Positions 1 to 10,774 of a stretch of DNA of 64,000 nucleotides are shown here, in pieces. Origin of the DNA: Antedon mediterranea (lineage: Eukaryota > Animalia > Echinodermata); contig NC_092675.1 in assembly GCF_964355755.1 (NCBI RefSeq), forward strand, positions 31,158,912 to 31,222,911, read 5' to 3'. The number at the start of each line of letters is the position of its first letter. The first letter of the stretch is position 1. The notes beneath the pieces are model-generated. The model did no database searches. It was not told the origin of the DNA and saw only the letters and a program-made list of their open reading frames with translations. The translations under genes and the position numbers were made by a program.

Positions 1-406
1 GATGAGGATCAAGTCTGATGGTGACGATTTCCCCTCCTATTCTTCAAAAGTCTGTTGTGCAGTAGCGAAGTTGCCTCACGTCTTCGTTTTGACTTTGGTT
101 GTTGTTGATGCATAGGTCCTAGTACTTAATTACGTACCGATATTTGCTTCTTTATCTTCGTCGTTTATTTAGGTTATATGGTATATTTCAGGCAAATTTA
201 ATTCGCCTTGTTTTGTCATGTTTTTTTTTTTAAAGGAAAACAAAAAAGTAAAAGTGACGAAATGTTTATTATGTTGTTTAAATCTCACTTCATTTCTGTA
301 TTGAATGATGGTAAATTATTTAAAAAAATACAAATATAATTTCTAACCAACTAATTTTCTACGTTTGAAGGTGCAGACTTAATTATAAGAGCAACGTAAC
401 GACCTC

Positions 407-3400
407 CTATAGGCTTGTCTTCTGAAGATTATCATCGTCTTCTTCGTAAACATCATTCACAATTCCATCTAAAGCAGCAGTGGCCTCTTGCTCTCCTTGA
501 GTTAAACCAGTGGTGTCTAGCTCTCCTTGTGTTTCCACCCCAGTAGTGTCTAGCTCTTCTGGTGATGGAGGTGGTGGGAAGCTTTCGTCTTCATCTGGTG
601 AAGGTTGAGGAGCCTTATTATCTTCCGTATTTTCGTCAGTTTCTGGTGGAACCGTTTTCACTCTGACGTCACTACTACCGGATGAACTGCCCGCTACTGA
701 GCTGTTATCAGAGGCGTACGGAGGCGGTATTTCGTCGTTATTTTCGCCAAGATTAGAAGAAGTCGGCGTTTCAACTTGTACTTCTACAACACTAGATTGT
801 GTTTGTAATTGATTTTGTCTGACTTGAGTTCCTTTTTCATTTGCTGGCTGTATCGGATCATTGGCATCGATGTGTAGCCGCAGTTCGTGTCCTTTCTCCA
901 TTGAAGACTGCATCTCGTAATCGTCCATGCGATTATTAATGTTTCTAAAAAAATACAAATTAAGTGTAATAGGCTATATACAAAAAAACTGTATGTATAA
1001 ACAATACAGTAGACACAAATAAAAAGTAGACAGATAACGAACAAACTACTTGTTTATCCAATACTGTAATTATAAAAAAAAAATATTTATTAGGCCTTAC
1101 TTGAACTGTCGGTTGGCTTGATATATGGTGTAGGTGATATAGCTAATAGCTACTATGCCTAAATAGCACGATATGGCAATAGCCCACGGTGGAATAGCCA
1201 ACTTATAGTCACTTTCCGGTTCAATAGGGGTGATGCTGTATGGAAGCATCTTGTCAATTTTGTCATCGTTTAGTTTACACATCAAGTAAAGTTCATGAGA
1301 TCTGAATGCGACTGGAAGAACGGTTGAACCTGACGGGTTGACCACCAAATAGTGAACCACTACACGGTCATTGCTGGTAATGGTAACGTCCACGATAAGA
1401 ACATGCTTAGGCCTTTGGAAAGAAAATGTAGTTATTATTATACGCATAATATAGAATAGTAAAGTTGCCGCTACTTCGGTTTGATCTAATGTGGTCATCA
1501 TCATCGTCGTCGTCGTCATCATCGTTATTATCATCAGGTAGCTCATAATCATTATCTTGGAACATCATTATTCTTCTGGGCATTCAAGAATCTGCCAAAA
1601 TATATAAGGAGAAATGGACAGCAGCACATTGTACGGAGTCCAAAATAAAAATATCAGTTATTCTTACAGAACTTGAAGGATGACGTAATCGTTTGAGATG
1701 TTTGCGATGGATTGCTTAAACTGCATTTGCATTTTTTCTACAAACTAGATAAAAGAGAAGTAAACATATATTGTATAATATATCTAATTATAGTAAGTTA
1801 TAACAGCTATTAAGATATTGGTCACACTGGTGACTATTATTGTGAGATATGCGCATGCCCGTATACTTACGTCTCCAATTCTGGTAATACCGTTCACGTA
1901 TGCTGTGGCAACGCCTATATCGACCAATTTCTCACACTGACAGAAATAACACGTAGAAAAGATTATAAATTGGTAGTTATCTTCAATTAAAAATCCGGAC
2001 CATAGATATTGTAAAGCTCTGTCCACACTATCAAAGTTTATGTGAGAAACAATGTGATGTGCCAATATAATGGACATGATGATGTCATAGCACTACCATG
2101 TTTGGGCATAGCACTACCATATTTTGACATTACACTTTTTTGTCAAACTAGTTTGAAAGAGCTTTAGTTATCTTAACTCATTCATTTATTTATTTACACA
2201 AAGCAAAATTCAAAATATGTTGACAAAATATGAATCAATAATCACTTATTAAATAATAATCACTTATTAAATCATATTAAATAATATGTATCTGGAGATA
2301 CTCAAATAATCTCAGTATGGTTATTGTGGGCATGTTATGTTTAGAACCATCATATTTATCAACACAAATTTCTTTCTGTTAACTTTTCAAATCGACTTCA
2401 AAGTCGACACTTTCTAGCGTTTAAAATCATTTTGGAAATCTTACCTCTTCTTTCGAGTATCCCTCGCATTCTTGCTCACCTGTGACGAAAAGTATACCAT
2501 TTTAGTAGGCCTACACACATGCCTGATCGTCATATTATTGTAATTTAATTAATGATTAAATATTATTTAATAATTTAATCAATCAATTTAAACATGCCTT
2601 TTTGGGACTAATGATTATAGTTTTATTCCATCATTTAGTTGCACTGCCCTTGGTTGATCTATCTAGCCTGGAGGTTCATATCTTTGTTGAGGGTATATTG
2701 TCCCCCTGAAAAAAAGTCATTTGTTTTAAGGTTCTTGAATAGGACATTTTAATTATAATGTCACATATGTCTATAGATAGCTTATTTATTATCAGCTGGA
2801 AGCCCATGGCAAAAGTGAATAATTTATTAATTTTTTAAAAGTTGTATTTTATTCATCTTTTATTTTACTTGTTTTGAGGAAAATTTTAATCTGAAAACCG
2901 CAACATCGTTGCGTCATTTTCTCTCAAATTGTGTATTTTTCGGTTCGTTTTGGTAGGTTGTTGTCCCTTTTATAGTTGCATAGTGATATCTTTTGGGTTG
3001 ATAGTACGCACTGTATTTCAAATAATATTCATGTCGGTGTATATGTTACAGTAGTACTTTAACCATTAGAAATATTAGTCGAAATGTAGAAAGGACATTA
3101 GTGGCAAATTATACCTATAAATAGAATTGTTGTCACTTTAATTGTAATCGATGTACAGTACAGTAGCCCACGTAAAAGTAATATAAAGAGTAGAGTCTAT
3201 CAGAAGGAAAGGTTCAGTTATCGCAAACATTTATACCTAAACATATTTACTATATGAATAAATAAATCCACCCGAGAAAGTACACATAGCGTACGAAGTT
3301 CAAGCTAATATTTGACTTCTGTGTGTACTTACTGATCCTTTTTAACTAACTCGTAAAAATCCTTCAAAAGCACGCTCATAAAATTTACAATCGAGTTCTT

Positions 3401-4058
3401 TACTGTGTATGCAATGAACGAGCATTCTTTTTTTTTTAAAGATAAATTGTGTTTAGAGTTATAACTAATTAAAACTAAGAAACACAAACTTAATTGCGTT
3501 TCGAGTAGAAAACTGTTTACACGAATCATTCGTCATAGTGGATAACAATCGGTAAGAAGATAATTAAAGACTGCTATTCAAATTCTCTGCTGTTTTACGA
3601 ACTCCTAACAAATTCGTTTCAAGTTAAGGAAAAAACTAGTTAAAACTAAGATTCACGAATCGAGTTATTACTATTTGAAACTAAAAAAAACACAACGTAA
3701 GTTTCGAAATAGGTAGAAAACTATAGTTAACTAAACTTAAAAACACAAAATAGTGCGTTTCGAATTAGGTAGAAAATAAACTAGTTAAAGCTAAGAAGAT
3801 AGCGTTTCAAATAACAGTTAATTATTTTAAACTTAAAAACACAAAAGAAACACTGTAACTTAATAGGCTGGACAATTATGTTAATATGGAGGATCAGAGA
3901 TCACAAAACGGCTTGGCAACTGTCAATTCTAATTCCAACTTCCGTCTAACATACGGAGGATCTAAAAGTTATAGGCCTACTAATGTTAAACACTTACCTG
4001 ATGCAAATAAGGCAAATGTCATAACAAAACAAGCGACGATAATGGGTAAACGTAACAT
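407..4058 (-). CDS. Type I single-pass membrane protein (~362 aa): signal peptide, short SEA-like ectodomain, TM helix, acidic/Pro-rich cytoplasmic tail
   Basis: Phase-compatible GT-AG exons 4058-3998 (MLRLPIIVACFVMTFALFASG), 2479-2445, 1936-1871, 1744-1668, 1412-1101 (TM: PPWAIAISCYLGIVAISYITYTIY) and 944-407 (tail ending KTSL*). The SEA-like call is only an impression, and extra internal exons are possible. Confidence 0.7.
2012..2166. mobile_element. MITE with termini TAAAGCTCTGTC(C/T)ACAC...AGAGCTTTA, copy 1
   Basis: Terminal inverted repeats; homologous copies at 26279-26442, 59072-59219 and ~60665-60794 share the internal tgtgatgtgcc..cactaccatatttgg sequence. Confidence 0.75.
3455..3860. 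repeat. Degenerate tandem repeat (aaaactaagaaacacaa..gcgtttcgaa..gtagaaaaactagtt) in intron 1 of the membrane-protein gene
   Basis: Motif recurs about 6 times with divergence. Confidence 0.5.
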
Positions 4059-4672
4059 TATGTTAATCAAATTAGGTTAGTATGTTAATTGTCGCAGTGA
4101 CAGTAGTTTTCAGAGTGGTAGGTCTATGCCGGGATTATACACTGTAGGCCTATACTCGCAAAACAATACTCGCAAAACAATACAAAACATAAGACAGGTG
4201 ATAAAATAATCCAAACGTAAGTGGCGCCTTTATATTTCACTTTTGATGGGTAGACTCTGCTGCAGGTTGCAGATTACAGCACCAATTTAATAACAATAAA
4301 ACAGCGCTCGCTGGTGGTAAGTGTTTGCACAGGCTTATAAATTGCCCGTTATCTTTACTTTAAATATATTTGCAAAAAGGTCAACTAGAATTGAAGCAAC
4401 TTTAGACTCTCCTTTGGTGTAAAGTATATCGTTTAATAATTCATGACGCATGTAATACAAACGACATGGACACACTCTCAGCTTGTTCAATGTAAATCTA
4501 TCGAAGACGTTAAATACAGGTTTATAAAACATCATGCCAGTCAGTGCGCCGCCGAGCATGCCGATTTTATAAGTCTTTCCACTAGTCTTCAAATAAATTC
4601 AAAAGAGTATTATCATGATGTATTGAATATTTTATTGATTAATACCTGTACACTACTACCAATCTCTGAAAA

Positions 4673-4738
4673 CATGGCAAACCATCACATTTCCTGATTC
4701 CTGGGAAGGATTTTAACAAGAAATCTTCATAAAGTCAC
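4673..4738 (-). promoter_or_regulatory. Type II SECIS element in the SelP 3' UTR
   Basis: Minus strand reads AUGAA-G-AUUUCUUG-UU-AAAA-UCCU-UCCC-AGGA-AU-CAGGAAAU-G-UGAU: UGAN/NGAN quartet, helix II AUUUCUUG/CAGGAAAU, unpaired AAA and a UCCU/AGGA ministem, ~120 nt after the stop codon. Confidence 0.85.
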
Positions 4739-4848
4739 GTTAAGATACATTGTTAGTAGCAATTGGGTGTTACAATACACATTACGTTTTAGGCTACACC
4801 AACTTTAAAGTATTAAACTACATCATTTCCGATATCAGTTGTATGGTC

Positions 4849-6369
4849 TTAAACTGCATCATTTCCGATATCGGTTGTATATGATACTACTGTTATAAAT
4901 TCTTCGGGAGTTTCAGTCGTCATGGCGATGGTGGACATCTTCGTATCATCAGTTGCACAGTTTAAACACGCCCCACGTCCTTGGTGAGTAACCCGGATGG
5001 CTGACTCAACTATGCTATAGTCAAGATGTGCGTATGGCAATCGAATATGGTAGTTCAAATGACCACACCTGCGAGAGAAAGTTAAAAGATTTAAAAACGT
5101 TGATTATTTTAATTCAAATTAGGCAAAATGTTTCCTTTTGATCATTATTTTAATAATTGATTAAACTTTTTTTCATTTTGCTTTGATATTTATTCGACAC
5201 AAGCGGTCAAGGGTTTGCCAACGAAGGGCTAAATAACACGTTAGTTTCCGCACTGATTCTGTCTGTCTATTGTCCATCCGTGGTGCAGCAAAACATTATT
5301 TGTCGGCTTGTCATACGTAATGGCTTTCTTCTATTTCTACTTTTTCTGAAACAAATACATTAAACCATTATATTTAATAATTATGTAATGTTACATAATG
5401 TCAACCCTCACTTACCGGTCATATATCAGAAAGTCGTCCTTAGCGCCCTCTACAGTTTCCCAGATATTTAACCAATATTGGTCTTGAAGTACTGGTATAC
5501 TGGTACGTTTACCAAGTTCTGATTTGTAAACCCTGGACCAAAATTCCTTGTTATTTATAATCATGAACTTGATATTGTTTTTATTTTCTAGAATAAATGT
5601 CTGTCGAAGAATCTCTAACCTGTAATATAGACAATAGAGCTATTAATAATTGTTGTAAATAAACTTTTATATTTCATAGATATATATTTTCAAAAATATA
5701 TAAGATATAAGTGTAGACAAGACTTAATGGAGAAGAATTTAAACGTTGGTTCCCAAGAATTCAACTTGTACGCTACACAACGCAATAATTTGACTAATAA
5801 CAAGCCAGTGACCAAGTCTGAGCTGTCGCTTTTGATTGGTATAACCATGGACCTATAATATTAGAATATAATTTAAATCTAATTTATAGGTCCATGGTAT
5901 AACCATGGTCCATGGTATATAACCATGGTCCATGGTATAACCATGATCTGTTCCTTAATCCATGGTCTAACCATGATCTGTTCCTTAATCCATGGTATAA
6001 CCATGATCTGTTCCTTAATCCATGGTTTTCTCTAGTGGATTCGGTTAAACCCCGTTTCCACAGATAGTTTATCGGTTAATTTTTGGCTGCGGAAACACGG
6101 CCTTACTTCTAACGTGGCAAAGCCAACACATAATTGACATACTTGGAGGCCTGCGACAGACAGAAACCTCAGCTAGCCGACAGAAGAGCCATGATGGTAA
6201 CATTGCCAACAGATTCTGACAAAGGACTGCGACCTCCAATCTTCCAGTCTGGAGTTTTCTCACATCGCCACTTGGAGTTGAATGGGTCGTTGTCGTTGGA
6301 GTCTTTAGACTGAACTATTACAAACGTTATCAGACATAAACACGTCTTCAACATCTCTATTGAGCTCAT
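4849..6369 (-). CDS. SELENOP: Selenoprotein P, short single-Sec form (~216 aa); Sec codon TGA at 6169-6171
   Basis: Exons 6369-6143, 5619-5416 and 5068-4849 are in phase. Translation: signal peptide, CEKTPDWKIGGRSPLSESVGNVTIMALLSAS-U-GFCLSQASKLEILR...IWETVEGAKDDFLIYDRCGHLNYHIRLPYAHLDYSIVESAI...CLNC, which matches the SelP N-terminal domain. A SECIS lies downstream, and a probable non-coding exon has its donor at ~6863. Confidence 0.93.
5841..6026. repeat. Intronic CCATGG-based hairpin plus ~29-bp tandem repeats
   Basis: accatggacctataa...ttataggtccatggt inverted pair followed by 3x aaccatgatctgttccttaatccatggt. Confidence 0.6.
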
Positions 6370-7045
6370 TTTCCCTGCAATATAATAACACACAGTGTAC
6401 TTCAACTGGAATTAAGATGATGTGAGCAGAAAGGGTGGAGTTACACTCTTCCCTGGCATGAGGTAAGAGGAGGTAAGGTCTAAACCACGGCTTGTAAAAG
6501 ATAATAAACAGAAAAACTGTGGTTTGTATAAGACTGGAAAAATGTGGTTTGTATAAGACTAACTATAGCTAATTGTAGTAATTGTAATTTTTTGGCTCTT
6601 ATTTTTGTTATAGAAAAACTATAGTTTGTCTTTTTCAAACAATGGTGGTTTGTAGGACAGAATAGGTAGTGTGTGTCACATGGCGCCCCGTACTACAAGA
6701 TCGGTTACTGTATTTTCAGAAAGTTAACGGGAACTACTATAAGTTCCTGCATCGTGTAGGGGTTTGCCGATTGCACGTAGCTATATGATTAGTGCATTTA
6801 AGACGATTGCCATCTACTCTTATTGTTCAGTAAATATGTTATAGAAAGAAATAAAAATCTTACCTTTTAAGGGAAAAAGCAGCTCAAAATGTGAAGGATC
6901 AAGCAGACTAGATTGTGAACAAAGCTAATTGTCACAAAATAAAGGAAATGACAAAAACTGAACAAGTCGTTGCGACATATTCGCTTCCTTTTGTACGAAG
7001 GTCATAAATTTGGAAGTATACGAACTAAATAACAATTGATGCCGG

Positions 7046-7111
7046 TGTAAGATTTAAATCTGTCCGGTGTTTGAAAGTGTCCACTGGACAATTTTCAGCA
7101 TTGAATATTGT
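7046..7111 (+). repeat. Left TIR of the Ginger1 element
   Basis: TGTAAGATTTAAATCTGTCC..AAAGTGTCCACTGGACAATTTTCAGCATTGAATATTGT aligns to the reverse complement of 22658-22724 (about 14 differences in 67 nt by eye). Confidence 0.88.
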
Positions 7112-8239
7112 AATACTAGCTGTTGAAAATGGCCGCAACCACCCGGGCAGCTTTCATCGATAAAAAAGTAGGACCATCGAGACATCGACATCATATTAAC
7201 CCCGTAAAAACTAGGGCACTGGACGTTCACCAACTCCCGTTAGGGTAATTATAATTCCTTAGAATACCAACTTGAATCGCAAAATATCAAGTGGATTGAA
7301 ATAAATATTACTATTATTATATCTGGAGACATATAGTCTAATCAAATTAAATTGTTTGTTTTTGATTGAGTATATACAACCTGTTGTCAATTTGAAGTAA
7401 ATCGACAACTTGAAAAATATATAGCCTACTGTATTATTATTTCGAGGGAATGAATATCACTAAATCATATAGGCATAGGGCCTACCTATTTCGTTATCTC
7501 GAAATATTATTTCATTCGAAATTCGAATTACTACTTCGCGAGAGAACGAAATAATTTCCCTCGAAATTATTTCGTTCTCTCGATCATCATCATCATCATC
7601 ATCATTCCTTGTCTCGAAGTAGTAATTCGTTTTTTATATTATTCAGTTCTTGAAATCTTATTTTGTTCTCCCTAAATATATTCGTTCCCTCAAAATATTT
7701 TTCAGTTCTCAAAATATTATTTTGTAATATTCATAATACTGCTACTAATTTAATAATATCAACTGATAACAAAAGTTCTTTAAACAAGTAAGTTCGTCAT
7801 TGTTAAAGTCAGTTCTTTTTCATTATATTTTTTTCACAGATGCCTGATTTTTGTTTTTATTTAATAAAACATTGAATTGGTTAGTCACAATATTTGCTTT
7901 GTTTCTAGAGACTTTACATTATTTATTTATTTATCTAAAATACATTTGAAAAATATTGTTGATGCATATTACCAAAAAATATTTGTTTTTTATATTTTAT
8001 ATGGCAAAATAAACACCTTAATTGCGCATCATAATTATTCGTTCACTCAAGGGTATTTCGGTTTTTTGTTTTTTTCGAATATTAGGGTATTTCGTTCCCA
8101 ATACAAACAGTCCAATACCGTTATACATCAAATTCATAGAATAATGGCTTATATTGAAATGAAGCGTTTAAAACGTCTTTGCCACAATGTCTGTACATGC
8201 AGCTGAGTTTAAAAAATCGCGGTTGTATTTTTGTTTTAT

Positions 8240-9232
8240 ATGGACATATAAACATAGAAACCACCAGCTAATACCAGAAATACCAACAGCTTATGTATCA
8301 ATTTTTAAAATCAACACCAGCTAATTTAGAACGGTCAGCAGATAATGTAGTAACGAAAATTGCCTCACAGCTAATGTTGAAAATATTGTATAATTTAAAA
8401 ACCTGTCTACATCATGTGAAAATGCATTTCTTTACTTACCGGTAGCTATCCATCTATCCACGTCTCGTAAGTGACCAACCAACAACCACTTCTAGTAAGT
8501 AACCACCTCTATTGAACGACCACCGTCTCTGATAATCGCCCACCATCTCTTAACGACCACACCACTCGTCAAGGACGAGCTATTTTAAAGGACCACCACC
8601 TCGGCTTCTCATAATCAACCTCATGACGGACTACCTCTCTTAACGACCACGCCTAAAGTGTCGACCTCTCTATAAAAAAAAACGTCCACCTCTCCACTGG
8701 GACCACTTCTCATAATCGACTACCATCCGTAACGACCACCTTTCGCAAATTACCACCTCTATTGAGGTGGTCACTTACGGGAGGTGTAGTCGGTAAAAGA
8801 AGTGGTCGTCTACGAGCGGTGGTAGTTTATGAAAAGCAGTCCCTTATGAGAGGAGGTTACCCCTTCAGGAAGTTGTCCATTGTGAGAAGCGGTCCTTTAA
8901 CAGAGGTAGTCCCTTTTAAATATTAAAGGTGGTCGCTAACAAGGGTAGTTGCTTACGATCAGAGTGCTACGTTTTGAAAGCCGATCACTTACGAGAGGTG
9001 GATAGACTGACAGCTAAACTAAGTAGAGAAATACATTTGCACATGATTTAGACATTTAGGTTTGTAAAATATATAATTATTATTTTATTAGCTGGCGATA
9101 TTAACTACATCAGCTGTGAGGCAATTTTCGTTACTTCATTACCTGTTAAGTTGTATATTAGCTAATGTTGATTTTTATTTAATAAATAACTGTTGGTGTT
9201 TCTACATTAGCTAGTTCTAGGTTTTACTACAT
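8240..9232. mobile_element. Foldback/MITE-like non-autonomous element nested in the Ginger element
   Basis: Left arm (ccagctaat.., catcatgtgaaaatgcat..ctatccacgtctcgtaagtgacc) is mirrored at 8983-9230. The internal gaccacctctc repeats switch to gaggtggtc near 8760. Boundaries are approximate. Confidence 0.7.
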
Positions 9233-9794
9233 GGGTGGATTTGACAGTTTCGACGACATTTGCTGCCGTTTTCTACACTAGCGGTTTTGAACAGGGACTA
9301 GTGTAAAGGAAATGCCACAAGTTGTGTTTTTTTATTTTTTTTTATTTATTGTTTTGTGTACTAAAGTGGCAGCATAATCAGTATTTATTTTTACCAGATG
9401 TCCAGCAAGGGTAATGTCCCATAACTCAGGCCACAATTGTCAGGTCAACCTCAAAACAGCGGCTCTCGGGAGATATTAATTACCGGTAGTCGTGTTAACT
9501 GTCATCTGTTATTTGTCAGGAGAAGGGGTGCGAACTTGCCATATCTCAAATTAAGATTACGCTTACCATGAATATGATTTCATTACAAGAATTATATACC
9601 ACAGTATGTTACGTAATTTAATTCTCTTATTTTAAAAAATAACTAAATAAATTAGTATATGATTCTAGTATAAGTATTATAAAAAATGTTTCTATTTAAT
9701 ATACAGGGAGCGGGGGTTGCCTCATAGCCTGAACGGTTTTAATACGAACTTATGTACTATAATATTATTTTACGTAGATTACTATTTAATATTA

Positions 9795-9880
9795 TTTTAT
9801 TTATTTAACAACATATTTATACAGGATTATACACAATCAAGTAGAAATATACTTGTTTTGCATTGTGGTCCTGTCGACAA
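9795..9880 (-). mobile_element. 3' UTR remnant of an L2/CR1-like LINE
   Basis: atatttatacagga..caatca..tgttttgcattgtggtcctgtc matches the 3' UTR of the LINE at 36745-36810. Confidence 0.6.
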
Positions 9881-10119
9881 AAACGGATACAAATTTAAAT
9901 ACAATTTCAATTAATATTATAATATAATTTGAGATGAACGTATAATATGTAATAAAGAATAACTATATGATTATATTTTATACTCCTATCTGAATGTGCT
10001 ATTTATTGTGTAATAGAACGACTGAAGCGTTTACCAATAAGAGTATCTTCGAAATTTAATTTAATAAATGGCATTTCCCTCCAATAGTTTTTTTCTCTCA
10101 TTTTTTGTGTACTTGCCAC

Positions 10120-10549
10120 TGTAATAAATTACCATTCCCTAACCATGAACATTCTAGAATAAGATGTTTACATTTAAGACATCATGTATAATTAATATAA
10201 TAACAATCAGGAACATTCCAGTATGCTATTAATAGAAACTGTAATCAAATAGAATAAGAAGTATAAAGAATGATATAGAAGGATAGGAACATCTTGTATA
10301 TAAAGGGATGTAAAACTATTGTCATGTTGTTGGATATTAGAGGTTGGATATTAGATTGTAAAAGTTATTGTGAAGCTGTTGTTTAAAATGCTTACTGGGT
10401 TGTTGAAAGTTGAAGTTGATTGAAATTAAAGATTTGTTTTTGAGTTATTTTACAACTTTGTGAATTTGGTGTGTATACTTTTATGTCACAAGGGAGTTTC
10501 TAAAGTATTTTCAACCGCTCGGAAACATACGTAAAAGGAGTTCGTGACA
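10120..10549 (+). mobile_element. Putative solo LTR (430 bp)
   Basis: Begins TGTAAT and ends GTTCGTGACA; internal TATATAAA (~10297) and ATTAAA (~10425); flanks gccac / tccac give a near-perfect 5-bp TSD. Confidence 0.6.
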
Positions 10550-10774
10550 TCCACTTAAGGCACAAAGTTTAAATTATAGGCCTACACCTGACAAAACTGT
10601 TTGCTCTTTCTTCTAATCGGCAATTGGTTAAAACAAATGTAGCAAGAAGCTGATTGGCTCAATGTTTGTTCAAAACCTCCTACATTTAAAAAATCATTCA
10701 CTTTGCTTGCAAAGTTCCAATCACGGTGTTGTTCGTTACAATCTGCCTTCTTTCTATTTTTACTTATTATCATT

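Noticed and set aside
1470-1591. Asp-rich candidate exon of the membrane-protein gene
   Set aside because: All three phases from the AG acceptor at 1592-1593 hit stops, and the flanking exons join in phase without it.
2590-2705. Candidate additional exon after a good acceptor at 2706-2707
   Set aside because: All frames stop before a convincing donor.
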